Below are positions 26,600 to 36,404 of a DNA stretch of 45,923 nt, piece by piece. The translations under genes were made by a program, and so were the position numbers. A model generated the notes under the pieces. It was given only the letters and a program-made list of their open reading frames with translations, did no database searches and was not told the origin of the DNA. Numbering within the stretch: the first letter of the stretch is position 1; the number at the start of each line of letters is the position of its first letter. Origin of the DNA: an uncultured Ruminococcus sp. (lineage in GTDB: Bacteria; Bacillota; Clostridia; Oscillospirales; CAG-272); contig CACYWX010000001.1 of the NCBI GenBank assembly GCA_902778205.1, positions 1-45,923 on the forward strand, in the 5' to 3' direction.

Positions 26600-27790
26600 T
26601 CAGGATCCCAGCTTCGCCGTGAAACCCCGGTCGAACTGCTCCCGGCGGTACCAGGTGGCGGTGAGGTTCGTCTGATCATACAGCACGCTCCATTCGGTCC
26701 CCTCCGACGGATCGGGATCGAAGGCCGATTCCCGGGCGGTCACGAGGGCGTCCCGCACGTCGACGATATCGGCCTTCTCATGGGCCGACATGAAGGCCTC
26801 GAGGGCCTCGTAGCGTCTGTGGGATTCCTCCGAGCCGACGCCCTGCTTCTCGCCCTCGGCCAGATAAAAGTTCGTCAAAATCGGCGTCTCCACCACGATC
26901 ATCTCGCCCCCGACGTACTCCACGTCCACCGCCCGGCCGGTGACGTCGGACACGGCGAAGTGGATCATCATGTCGTAGGAGCCGTGGAGGTCGTAGCTTC
27001 CCAGCAGGTCCAGCGCCTCCTCCACCGTGGCGGCCCGGTCCAGCATGAGGCGCAGAGCCGTGGTGGTGGTCAGGTCGGGCTTGTCCGTGCTCTGGCTGAT
27101 CCGCGCGGAGTCGCTGATCATATTCACCGACACGGCCAGTCCCTTTTCGTTCATCCCGTCCAGAGGCGCGTAGCAGGCCGCCGTGGGAAGGACCTCCTTC
27201 GGAAGGTTCGCGCTCTCCCGGAGAAAATCCAGGTTCACCGTGGAGAAGGAGGCGTAGCCGTCCGCGGGATGGGTCTCCAGCAGCAGGACCTCGGAACAGC
27301 TCCAGTCGAAGTTGCGCCCGAAGACGTGACCGCCGTCCGCGCTCTCCGCCGCCACGGTGCTGCAGGCCGCGTCAGGCGTGAGGAAGGTCAGACCGGGAGC
27401 CTTCAGCAGGGACGTGAGGAACGCCGCCACCTCCGCATCCGAGGACGCGCCGCCCCCCGCCAGAAACGCGGAAAAGCCGCAGTCGCCCACCTTCGCCAGA
27501 TACAGCCCCCTGTCCAGCTCGGACATCTCCCCCTCGGGCGCGGATACCCGCTCGTCGTGAAGGCTCTCGTCCCTCTGCGCCGCCGGTTCCGCTTCGGGTT
27601 CGTTTTCCCCGGCGTCCGGGATCTCGTCCGGGATCTCCTGAGCCTGCACATCCGCAGCCTCCGTCACGGGCGGATTCTGCCCCTCTCCGGCTGAGGGATC
27701 CTGCTCCGACTTGCCGCCCGAACAGGACGCGAACGCCCCGGACAGCAGGATCATGGCCAGCAGAACGCCGACAGAACGTTTCAGATTCAT
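26600..27790 (-). CDS. Lipoprotein Ntn-hydrolase (choloylglycine-hydrolase C59 / C45 acyltransferase-like clan)
   Basis: ATG at 27790 follows AAGGAG. The lipobox is LSGAFASC (Cys23), followed by an acidic linker. An internal candidate nucleophile sits in AACSTVAAESADGGHVFGRNFDW (Cys143). Confidence 0.65.
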   Translation of the reverse strand: MNLKRSVGVLLAMILLSGAFASCSGGKSEQDPSAGEGQNPPVTEAADVQAQEIPDEIPDAGENEPEAEPAAQRDESLHDERVSAPEGEMSELDRGLYLAKVGDCGFSAFLAGGGASSDAEVAAFLTSLLKAPGLTFLTPDAACSTVAAESADGGHVFGRNFDWSCSEVLLLETHPADGYASFSTVNLDFLRESANLPKEVLPTAACYAPLDGMNEKGLAVSVNMISDSARISQSTDKPDLTTTTALRLMLDRAATVEEALDLLGSYDLHGSYDMMIHFAVSDVTGRAVDVEYVGGEMIVVETPILTNFYLAEGEKQGVGSEESHRRYEALEAFMSAHEKADIVDVRDALVTARESAFDPDPSEGTEWSVLYDQTNLTATWYRREQFDRGFTAKLGS

Positions 27791-27852
27791 AATTGCGCTC
27801 CTTTTTAGCATATAGATCGATCCGCGATAACCCCGCGGCTCTCCGTCTGATT

Positions 27853-30780
27853 TCATCCGATCCGGAAGGTCCACGCGAAGGATCCCATGGGCAGCTCGTA
27901 TTCCGCCTCGGGCTGGGGCCCGCAGGAATTGGAGCCCAACCCCCGGTGCCGGTGATCGATGTAGAGGAACCGCTCCCGGCTCTTCTCCAGCTCATCGCGG
28001 TGGCGGGCCTCCGTCAGGCTTTTCAGGGTGAAGTCGTGGAAGGAGAAGGAGAAGCTACCCGTCACCGTCAGCGCACGATCGTCCCCGGACACCGTCACCC
28101 GGCGGCAGTCCTCGTGGTTTCCCGTCTCCTGGGGCACGTCGTAGAGGAAGTTCATCCGCTCCACATCGTCCTCCCAGAGACCCACCGGGGCGTCGGCCTT
28201 CCGGTCGGGATAGCTGTCCCCCGGGCCGCGTCCCAGCCATCTGCACCGTCCGTAATCCTCAGGCAGGGTGAAGACCATTCCCACCCGGGGCAGGACCTCT
28301 GGACCTCCCTCACCATAGGGCGTGAGCTTCACGGACACCTCCGCGTCTCCGTGGGCGAGGATCCGGTAGGTCATCCGGGCGTCGAAACCCCAGTCGTGGC
28401 AGTAGGGCAGGAATTTTCCCTCCGCCGTCACCGTGACCGCGTCCTCCCCGTCCTCCGCCGTCACATCATAACAGCCGAAGACCATGGTGTCGACCAGCTT
28501 GTCCTTCCATTCTCCCGCCAGCCGCGGCGCGAAACCGACGATGCCGTCGTTGTCCGTGGGAGCGCGCCAGCAGTTGAGCCGCAGAGGCTTGTCGAAGAGG
28601 ATCCGTCCGTTCTTCTCCAGCCGGGTCAGAAGTCCCTCACGGATCAGCACGTCGAAGTCCTCCCCCTTCACCTCCGCGCCGCAGTCCCAGGTCTCAACCG
28701 TATGGGCAAACGGGACCGGCTCCGGCACATGCGCGGGATTGTCGCAGAGGATCCTCTGCTTATAGGCAATCTTTTTGCCGTCCTTCCGGAATTCGCAGTC
28801 GGCGGTAACGAGACCCGTCAGACCCTCCAGATCCGCGGTCGACACCGGCAGGACGAAGGATCTCCATTCCCGGGGACCGATGCCGTCCAGGGCGTATTCG
28901 CCGCTCTTCACCGTCACCCCGTCCGCCCGGATCGCCCAGCGGAGGACGAAGCCGTCCAGGGAGGTGAAATCGTATGTGTTCTTTACGTCCGCGCCTCTTT
29001 CCGTACAGCGCACGTAAACCGGAGCGGACACCTCACGAAGCTCGTCCCATGTCGGCTTCGGCGTTCCGTCGCTGGTGTGGTAGCCGTCCAGGGAAAAGTT
29101 GGACCAGTGGTAGACGTCCGGGAAGTCGCCGCCGTAGAGATAACGGGGCCGCCCGTCCTTCCCCTCCGTATAGAACCCGTGGCTCTTGAATTCCCACACA
29201 TAGCCGCCGCAGCACTGCTCGTTCTCGTACACCCAGCTCCAGATGTCCTCCAGCCCGCCGGGGGAGTTGCCCATGGCGTGGCCGTATTCCACCATCAAAA
29301 GGGGATGGGCGGCATCCGGGGGATAGCTCCTCAGGGTGCTCATGGGCATGTAGCCCGTGTAGGAGAAGACCTCCTTCGATCCCTCCGGCATGGGGGAGGC
29401 GGTGTTGACGGGCTTCGCAATGTCCTGCTTCATGAGCCATTCCACGCATTTCGTGTGGTTCGTTCCTCCGCCGCATTCGTTGCCCGTGGACCAGATGTTG
29501 ACGCAGGTCTCGTTTTTGTCCAGCGCCGTCATCCGGGAGAAGCGGTCGAAGAAGGCGTCGAACCACTCCGGATCCTTGTTCAGCGCGCCCTGATCCCCGG
29601 TGGTCTCGGCTCCGTGGGTTTCGGCGTCCGCCTCGTCCATGACGTAAATGCCCAGCTCCGACGCCAGCTCGTAAAAGACGGGCTGGTTGGTGTAGTGAGA
29701 GCAGCGGATGGCGTTGAGCCCGCAGGCCTTGATGTCGCAAAGCTCCCGCTCGATCTGCTCCGCGGTAATGGCCCGGCCCTCCCTCGCGTTGTTCTCGTGG
29801 CGGTTCACGCCCTTGAGGGTAATGGGAGTGCCGTTCATCATGAGAAAGTGGCCCCGGATCTCCGACTTCGCGATCCCGGCCCGCTTGGTGTGGACCTCGG
29901 TCACGGCTCCGTTCTCCGCGATCTCCATGGTGACGGTGTAGAGATACGGCCGCTCCGCGTTCCAGGTCACGGCGTTTTCCAACGGCAGAAAGACCTCGCC
30001 GGACGCGGTCAGGGGGACCTCCTCCCGGGAGACCTCCGCGCCGTCCATGCCGGTCAGCGTGAACCGCAGGGATGCCTGTCCTCCCTCCGCCGCGCATTCA
30101 TACCGGATCCGGAACCCGTCCGTATCGGCGAGGATCGTGTAGTCCCAGAGGGAATTCTTCCCGGTCCGGATCAGCATGACGTCCCGGAAGATCCCGCTGG
30201 CCATGAGCATGTCCTGGTTCTCCAGATACGAGGCGTCGCTGTAGGTGTAAACCTTCACCGCCAAAAGGTTCTCCCCGTCCCGGAGCTTGTCCGTCACGTC
30301 GAATTCCGCGGCGATGCGGCTCCCCTTGGAGAAGCCGACGTACGCCCCGTTGAGCCAGACGAAATACGCATTGTCCACGCCGCCGAAGCGCAGGATGGCC
30401 CGCCCCTCCGGCCTCTCCGTCCGGAAGGTCCGGCGGTAGAGCCCCACGGGGTTCGGGCACCGGATGTACGGCGGATCGTAGGGGAAGCAGTAGCGTACGT
30501 TGGGATAAAAGCAGGTGCCGTATCCGTGGAACTGCCACATGGAGGGCACGGGCAGCTCATCCCAGGAGGCGTCGTCGCAATCGGGCCGGTAAAACGCCTC
30601 GTCCGTGTCCTCCTCCCGATAGGAGAATTTCCAGGTCCCGTTCAGGAGCAGGATCCGGTCGGACTCGGTAAAATTCTTATGGGTGACGCCCGGCTTCCCG
30701 GCGGGAATCAGCAGGGAGCGTGCGGGCAGGCGGTTCTCCCCGGTCCTGTGGGGGTTGGCGATATAAGCGCGGTTCAGCAT
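27853..30780 (-). CDS. GH2 beta-galactosidase (LacZ-like)
   Basis: The start MLNRAYIANPHRTGENRLPARS has a GGAGG RBS. Motifs are NAIRCSHYTNQPVFYELASELGIYVMDEA and IWSTGNECGGG. A LacZ-type C-terminal small-chain domain is present. Confidence 0.9.
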   Translation of the reverse strand: MLNRAYIANPHRTGENRLPARSLLIPAGKPGVTHKNFTESDRILLLNGTWKFSYREEDTDEAFYRPDCDDASWDELPVPSMWQFHGYGTCFYPNVRYCFPYDPPYIRCPNPVGLYRRTFRTERPEGRAILRFGGVDNAYFVWLNGAYVGFSKGSRIAAEFDVTDKLRDGENLLAVKVYTYSDASYLENQDMLMASGIFRDVMLIRTGKNSLWDYTILADTDGFRIRYECAAEGGQASLRFTLTGMDGAEVSREEVPLTASGEVFLPLENAVTWNAERPYLYTVTMEIAENGAVTEVHTKRAGIAKSEIRGHFLMMNGTPITLKGVNRHENNAREGRAITAEQIERELCDIKACGLNAIRCSHYTNQPVFYELASELGIYVMDEADAETHGAETTGDQGALNKDPEWFDAFFDRFSRMTALDKNETCVNIWSTGNECGGGTNHTKCVEWLMKQDIAKPVNTASPMPEGSKEVFSYTGYMPMSTLRSYPPDAAHPLLMVEYGHAMGNSPGGLEDIWSWVYENEQCCGGYVWEFKSHGFYTEGKDGRPRYLYGGDFPDVYHWSNFSLDGYHTSDGTPKPTWDELREVSAPVYVRCTERGADVKNTYDFTSLDGFVLRWAIRADGVTVKSGEYALDGIGPREWRSFVLPVSTADLEGLTGLVTADCEFRKDGKKIAYKQRILCDNPAHVPEPVPFAHTVETWDCGAEVKGEDFDVLIREGLLTRLEKNGRILFDKPLRLNCWRAPTDNDGIVGFAPRLAGEWKDKLVDTMVFGCYDVTAEDGEDAVTVTAEGKFLPYCHDWGFDARMTYRILAHGDAEVSVKLTPYGEGGPEVLPRVGMVFTLPEDYGRCRWLGRGPGDSYPDRKADAPVGLWEDDVERMNFLYDVPQETGNHEDCRRVTVSGDDRALTVTGSFSFSFHDFTLKSLTEARHRDELEKSRERFLYIDHRHRGLGSNSCGPQPEAEYELPMGSFAWTFRIG

Positions 30781-30824
30781 GGAGATTCCTCCGGGCTTGT
30801 CAGATTTCACGATTCTTACGGACT

Positions 30825-30853
30825 ATTATAGCAAATCTCTGGCAAAAAAGCAA
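30825..30853 (-). promoter_or_regulatory. Promoter TTGCTT-N17-TATAAT for the GH2 operon
   Basis: The -10 is at 30825-30830 and the -35 at 30848-30853 (minus strand). Confidence 0.55.
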
Positions 30854-30990
30854 TAAGAACTCGCCGCGTGGAGACGCTCCCGCCGCCGGCCGGCAAAAAC
30901 GGGACGGAAAAAGTCCAAAAGCGAATGGATCCGTTTTGAACGCGCGGCACGGACCCGGGGTTCTCCGCTTCTCTCCGAGGAAAGACAGCT

Positions 30991-31029
30991 CAGCCGTCCG
31001 GAGATCGCCGCGATCTTCCCGGACGGCTG
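30991..31029 (-). terminator. Hairpin terminator after GH51
   Basis: An 11-bp stem (cagccgtccgg / ccggacggctg) begins 9 nt after the GH51 stop. Confidence 0.6.
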
Positions 31030-31037
31030 ATTTCGAT

Positions 31038-32891
31038 TTACCGGCTCAGGGTGACCGTGATCCTTGCCGCGCTGTGGGGAGGCAGAAGGACGGAGGCTCC
31101 CCTGTTTTCCTCCTTCACGGCGAGGGGACGCCGGGTGAAATACGAATAAGGTGTGACCTCCTCCGACTCGTACAGCTCGCCCGCGGGATCGGTCCCCGGG
31201 AGGTTGAAGCGGAATTCCCGGTCCTCGTCATGGCGGTCATTGATAAGGGTCAGGGTCAGGACCCCGTCCTTCACCGTGGCCAGCGCCGCGTCCTCCTCGG
31301 CTCCGGTCAGCCCGCAGAGCTCCCCGCCGCAGTGAGCCCGCATCATGGCGAACATCTGCCCGTTGGCCGTCAGCCGCGCGCCGTCCTCGTCGATGAGCAC
31401 CGCGCCCTCTCCCACGGGCTGGAAGTAGCAGCAGGTCGGCATGTCCAGCTCCGGGGACAGCCGCATGAGCATGTGGAGCATCTTCGCCGTGAAAATGCCC
31501 TCTCCCACACAGGACGGACGGTACCAGGCGTACCAGAAGTTCCATTCGTCGAAGGAAATGTGCAGATCCTCCCCGGTCTCGCAGAGGGACGCCCGCATTT
31601 TCCTCGCCAGCCGTTCGGCTCCTGCCGTTTCGGACACGATGCTGCGGTAGGTTTTCGCGACGGCGTCCGGGGTGGTGTAGTCCATGGCCGCTCCGGCGTA
31701 ATGATGCAGGGAGACATGCTTCACCTCCCCTGCCATCCGCGCAGCCGACAGCCGGGCCCAGTCGTCGTTGGGATAGGGACCGGAGGAGAAGAGCTCGATG
31801 TCCGGATCCGCCGCCCGCATGGCCGCGATGTGCTTTTCCGCCAGCTCCGCGTAGCCCTCGGGTCCGGCGGGTCCCTCCATATGGCCGTAGCCCATCTCGT
31901 TGCCCAGGGACCAGAACCGGACATGATAGGGTTCGGGATGTCCGTTCTCCGCGCGCCTGCGCCCGTATTCCGTGTCGGCGGAACAGTTGCAGTATTCCAC
32001 CCATTCCGCACTCTCCTCCGGGGTGTTCCACGTCAAATTGATGGTCAGAAACGGCTCCGCTCCCACCTCCCGGCACAGGGCGACGAAATCGTCGGTGGAG
32101 ATCTCGTGATAGTCGTAGCCGTTCGAATGGGGCTGGGTCTCGATCTCCGTGGCAGCCTGGAGAGGACCGCGCATGTCGGAGGGAAGCAGACCGTCCTTCC
32201 AGCGGTATTCCCCGGCGAAATTGCCCCCCGGCCAGCGCAGAATCGTCGGACCGATCTCGGAAAGACACCGCACCGCGTCCGCCCTCATGCCGTGAAAATG
32301 CCCCTCGGCCATCATGGAGACCGCCCCGAAGATCACCTCGGCCCGCTCCGTAAAGACAAAGCGCAGAGCGGCTTCCCCGTCGTCCGTGTCCGGCGTGAGA
32401 ACGGCCTCATGGGTCTGCCAGTCCCCGGGAACAAGGGAGAACTCCGCTCTCGCGTAAATCCTCTCTCCCCGCCGGTCCGTCAGCTCCGCCGCCAGAAGGA
32501 CGGGGACCGAGCACTGGACGACGGCCCGCACCTCGTATCCGACGCCCGCCCGGACGCTCAGCCCGTCCTGCCGGATGCCGCAGAAGCCGCCGCGGACGTT
32601 CTGGACGCTCTGGGACTGGAGCTCATTCCCTCTCCACATCCGCTCGCACCCAACGTGGCGGGTATAGCAGGCCCGTCCTCCGTTCTGGAAGAAGGCCCGG
32701 TCGCCGATTCCCTTCCATTCCATGGCAACGCCGCTGTTTTTGCCCGGCTTCCCGGCGAATTTCCGGTTGCGGAGCATCTGCGCGGACAGGCCGCCGGCTC
32801 CTCCCACCGCGGACCGGGTGTGCTCCAGATTGTGCCCGAATACATAGGGAGAGAGACGGACCGTTCTCTCCGTGTCGATCACAAGATTCAT
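31038..32891 (-). CDS. GH51-like alpha-L-arabinofuranosidase
   Basis: Motifs are LRWPGGNFAGEYRWKDG and RFWSLGNEMGYGHMEGP. A GGAGG RBS is present. Confidence 0.75.
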   Translation of the reverse strand: MNLVIDTERTVRLSPYVFGHNLEHTRSAVGGAGGLSAQMLRNRKFAGKPGKNSGVAMEWKGIGDRAFFQNGGRACYTRHVGCERMWRGNELQSQSVQNVRGGFCGIRQDGLSVRAGVGYEVRAVVQCSVPVLLAAELTDRRGERIYARAEFSLVPGDWQTHEAVLTPDTDDGEAALRFVFTERAEVIFGAVSMMAEGHFHGMRADAVRCLSEIGPTILRWPGGNFAGEYRWKDGLLPSDMRGPLQAATEIETQPHSNGYDYHEISTDDFVALCREVGAEPFLTINLTWNTPEESAEWVEYCNCSADTEYGRRRAENGHPEPYHVRFWSLGNEMGYGHMEGPAGPEGYAELAEKHIAAMRAADPDIELFSSGPYPNDDWARLSAARMAGEVKHVSLHHYAGAAMDYTTPDAVAKTYRSIVSETAGAERLARKMRASLCETGEDLHISFDEWNFWYAWYRPSCVGEGIFTAKMLHMLMRLSPELDMPTCCYFQPVGEGAVLIDEDGARLTANGQMFAMMRAHCGGELCGLTGAEEDAALATVKDGVLTLTLINDRHDEDREFRFNLPGTDPAGELYESEEVTPYSYFTRRPLAVKEENRGASVLLPPHSAARITVTLSR

Positions 32892-32918
32892 GGCTGTGCC
32901 TCCGTTCTGTTTCTTCCT

Positions 32919-35378
32919 TTATCTTTCCCATCCGTCGAAGAGCCACACCTCGTTCTCCGGCACGTCGCTCCGCGCGGTGGTGTGGATCCCCAGGTCTGCC
33001 AGGGCGAACATCAGGCTGGCCGCGTCGTTCGGGCGCTTCTCCCGCAGGATGTCGTGGATCCGCTCGTAGGTCTCCCGCCGCAGAAGGACCGCGTTGCCGT
33101 TGATCCGTCCGGGATCTCCGGGCAGTCCCAGGGCACGGAGAATGTCCGGCACCGAATCCGCTTCTCCCATGGCGTCAAGGTCCGCGGTCCGGATCTCCCG
33201 AGGCTCCCCGTCCATGTCTCCGCGCTCCTCCGGCTTCAGTCCGAAGGGCTTTCCCTCGGGCACCGGCACCGGATCCACGGGACCCTCGTCCGCGGCGTAG
33301 CCCACGTAATAGGTGTAGCTCATGGGCGGCAGGGACACCGTCAGGATCAGGTTCCCGTTGTCGTCGATGACGGCCTCCGTGCGGTTCTCGGGCAAATCGT
33401 GCTCGTACAGCGCCATGCGGACTCCGCTGTCCCCGGCCGCCTCCGCATCCTCCAGCAGGTTCTCCCTGTTCTTCGGATAGACCGGAGGCCAGGAGCCGAA
33501 GGACGGGATCTCCACCTCGTCGAAGCTCCCGGACCGCGGCGCGGTATGGGGACGGTCCAGCTTCGTCAGGCCGGTATAGAAGGCGGGGAGCAGGAAGGTC
33601 TTCGTCCGCGCCTCCTTCGTCTGGTTTGAGACCATGAGGAAGAGCCGGTCCGGCGTGTCGTGGTTCTCCTGCAGGATCACGTCCATGTCCGCGGCGACGG
33701 AGAGATCGTCCGTTGCCTTCGGGGGATAGGCGTGGACCGTGTCGGAGTTGAGGAGCTTCTTGTGCTTTTTGATCACCGCCGTCCAGTATTTCACCACGGC
33801 GCGGCACGCCTCCGAATCGTACAGCCGTTTCCCGCGCACGCAGGGCCAGACGCCCGAAGCCGCCGCCTCCGCCAGAGCCCAGTCGTAGTCGCAGAGATTC
33901 TCCGTCAGGGGCTCGAACTTGGCCGCGCTTCCCCCGCCGTGGTATTCCTCCACCGGCAGAAAGCCCCAGCCCATGGAGGGGATCTTGTGGTAGGTCCCCA
34001 TGTAGTTGTAGATCCGGTTCAACAGGAGCTGGGTCCGGCGGGGCTGGCTGAACCCGATCTCCTCATAGCCCGCGGCGCATTTGTTGGTGCCGGAGAGGTA
34101 GAACCAGTCGGGGGTGTTGATGTAGATCCCCAGCTCTCTCAGGCGGATGTAGATCTCCACCGTGGATTTCAGCCACTGCTGATACCGGCTGTCGGAGAGG
34201 CCCTTGTGCAGGTGCTCGGTCTGGCCGGGCCGGTTCCCGGTGCAGGTGTAGAAGTGGTACGGGCCGTCGATCTCGATGAAATCCGATCCCGTCTTTTCCA
34301 GGAAGGAGCAGACCCGGTCCCAGTATCCCGCGGACCATTTGGTGCAGAGGCACCGGGAGATCTGGCTGTGGTCTCCGTTGGTGGCGCAGTCGTGGTTCAT
34401 GGGCCGGTAGTCCCGGATGATGGCCAGGGTGTATCCGCCGATGGCAATCCCGCGGCTGTGGACGTAGTCGTAGTCGCTCCTCACCCGTTCGATGTACGCG
34501 GGATCCTCACTCTCCAGATTCACCCCGGAGCCGAAGGACTGCACGATCATGTCGAACCCGATGTCGGCGAGCATATCCGCGCTGTCCCGCAGGATCTTCG
34601 AGTCGTCGGAGATCAGATGCAGGAACAACGGAGCCTCGCAGACCCACGGCGCGACCCGGCGGTACATGTTCTGCACCTCGTTCATCCGGTGGTCGAAGCA
34701 GACGCTCTGGCAGAACAGCTCGTATACCTGCATGCCCCGGAAGGTCTTCCCCGGCTTCACGTCCGCGTCCGGACCCATGTCGAAGTGCGCCGACACCGCG
34801 TCCCCATCCCGGAAGAGGGAGGTCTCGTTTGCAAAGCCCGTGCCGTTGCTGCCGGTGTAGTCCGATTCCAGATAGAAGCGCAGACGCCCGTCCCCGTTCA
34901 GCCGCAGAAACTCGGTCTCCGCCCTGTCCACGGTGAAGGTCCGCTCCCCGGCGTTCTTCACGTACAGGGACTTGCGCATGGCGGGCATGCCGTCGAAGAT
35001 CTCGTACACCACCCGGATCTGTGCATCTCCCCGGGTCCAGACCAGCTCGGCCGACGCGCCGGGAGCGGGATAGGGATACGGATGCGTGTTATACGGCCTG
35101 GGCTCGTAGCCGAACTTTTTCTCCGTACCGTGTCCGGGCAGGATCCGGATCCGGCAGGGACCCTCCAGGGGATACTCCTCCCCGTCCACCGTGACCGATC
35201 CCTCCCGGACCGGTCCGACGAGAGCCTCCGCGCCGTCCCCGTCGGTCAGGGAGACGGTCACGCCGGTCCGGGTATCGATCACCCGGCGGATATAGCGGTT
35301 TTCCAGGATCAGGCGGTCGTCCTCAAGGGTCGCGGACGACGGCGCGGGATCCTTCTCCAGCGTCCAGAATGAAGTCAT
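32919..35378 (-). CDS. Large putative glycoside hydrolase, family unassigned (TIM-barrel-like core)
   Basis: A clean 819-aa ORF with a GGAAAGGA RBS, embedded in the GH operon. I recognise no diagnostic family motif with confidence. Confidence 0.4.
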   Translation of the reverse strand: MTSFWTLEKDPAPSSATLEDDRLILENRYIRRVIDTRTGVTVSLTDGDGAEALVGPVREGSVTVDGEEYPLEGPCRIRILPGHGTEKKFGYEPRPYNTHPYPYPAPGASAELVWTRGDAQIRVVYEIFDGMPAMRKSLYVKNAGERTFTVDRAETEFLRLNGDGRLRFYLESDYTGSNGTGFANETSLFRDGDAVSAHFDMGPDADVKPGKTFRGMQVYELFCQSVCFDHRMNEVQNMYRRVAPWVCEAPLFLHLISDDSKILRDSADMLADIGFDMIVQSFGSGVNLESEDPAYIERVRSDYDYVHSRGIAIGGYTLAIIRDYRPMNHDCATNGDHSQISRCLCTKWSAGYWDRVCSFLEKTGSDFIEIDGPYHFYTCTGNRPGQTEHLHKGLSDSRYQQWLKSTVEIYIRLRELGIYINTPDWFYLSGTNKCAAGYEEIGFSQPRRTQLLLNRIYNYMGTYHKIPSMGWGFLPVEEYHGGGSAAKFEPLTENLCDYDWALAEAAASGVWPCVRGKRLYDSEACRAVVKYWTAVIKKHKKLLNSDTVHAYPPKATDDLSVAADMDVILQENHDTPDRLFLMVSNQTKEARTKTFLLPAFYTGLTKLDRPHTAPRSGSFDEVEIPSFGSWPPVYPKNRENLLEDAEAAGDSGVRMALYEHDLPENRTEAVIDDNGNLILTVSLPPMSYTYYVGYAADEGPVDPVPVPEGKPFGLKPEERGDMDGEPREIRTADLDAMGEADSVPDILRALGLPGDPGRINGNAVLLRRETYERIHDILREKRPNDAASLMFALADLGIHTTARSDVPENEVWLFDGWER

Positions 35379-35438
35379 GGGAGCAGTCCTTTCCTGTAAA
35401 TCTTCGCGCGGCGGTGACGGAATCGGATCCGATCATCC

Positions 35439-36404
35439 TCAGCCCTTGTAATGGCGGTATTTCTCCACGGCGTCCAGCACCGCGGCCATGTTTTCAAGCG
35501 GAATCTCGTAGTTCAGCTCCACGTTCAGGCCCAGTCCGCCCTCGGGGAGGTACAGTCCCTCCACGGCGGCCCCGATGTGGTCGAAGATCTGGCTTCTCGT
35601 GGCCACGGGGAACAGCTGGCGGTCCAGATCCAGGTTGATGGGGATAAGATGCTCCTTCCGGCAGACCCGGATCAGGTTGTCCAGCCCGTTGGCCCGGAAC
35701 TGGGGATTGATGATGTCCACGCCGCACTCCTGCAGGTCCGGCATGATCTCCCAGATGCACCCGTCCGTGTGCATGTAGATGAGCTGGGAGGGCTTGTAGG
35801 CCTTGATCATGCCGTAGAGCTTCCGGAAGCAGGGCTTCATGTACGTTCTCCAGCGGTCCGCGCCGATGGCCAGTCCCTTCTGCATGCCCAGGTCGTCGCC
35901 GAAATAGACGATGTCCCCCATCCGGGGCAGAATCGCCGCCACCTGATAGATGTTGTATTCCAGCACCTTGTCGATGAGGGTGCGGATGGTGTCTCCCTCC
36001 TCGGCGAACCAGACCATGACGTTCTCGAAGCCGCACAGGTCCAGAAGGCGCAGGTACATGAAGCCGTGGGGGAGGCGTCCGTCCCGGCAGTCCGGGATCT
36101 TCAGAGCGTACACGTCCTCCTCGTCCTTCACCGGATGGCCCTTGACGATGGCCTCGTTCCCGGCGTGCTCGTTGTGCCATTCGCATCCCCATTCGTCGAT
36201 ATACAGGCCCTTGCGGTAGCTGGGAGGCAGATTGTCCTCCAACCGGTCCAGATCCACCTGACGCCCGCCGAAGAACTGGGGGTACTGGTCCGTGAGCCGC
36301 TGGAGCTCCTTTCCGTACCGGATCCAGGCGGCGGGCAGGATGCCGATGGATGTGGGGATCGTATCGGGAGACTGCATGCGGATGGCTTCGATCAGATCGG
36401 ACAT
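35439..36404 (-). CDS. URO-D-fold family protein, copy 2 (distant paralogue of 16934..17923)
   Basis: I prefer the ATG at 36404 (MSDLIEAIRMQSPD) because it aligns with the copy-1 N-terminus. The core block is YMHTDGCIWEIMPDLQECGVDIINPQFRANG. Confidence 0.7.
   Translation of the reverse strand: MSDLIEAIRMQSPDTIPTSIGILPAAWIRYGKELQRLTDQYPQFFGGRQVDLDRLEDNLPPSYRKGLYIDEWGCEWHNEHAGNEAIVKGHPVKDEEDVYALKIPDCRDGRLPHGFMYLRLLDLCGFENVMVWFAEEGDTIRTLIDKVLEYNIYQVAAILPRMGDIVYFGDDLGMQKGLAIGADRWRTYMKPCFRKLYGMIKAYKPSQLIYMHTDGCIWEIMPDLQECGVDIINPQFRANGLDNLIRVCRKEHLIPINLDLDRQLFPVATRSQIFDHIGAAVEGLYLPEGGLGLNVELNYEIPLENMAAVLDAVEKYRHYKG

Noticed and set aside
27793-30831. A very long antisense ORF (1012 aa) opposite GH2. 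Similar ones are 9586..11307, 20812..22434, 25616..27694, 39429..41015, 41863..44334 and 44446..45897.
   Set aside because: All are in codon register with the sense gene, where antisense stops require the sense codons TTA, CTA or TCA. Those codons are avoided in this high-GC3 genome. The products are Arg/Gly/Pro/Val/His-rich with no domains or RBS. This is a classic high-GC artefact.
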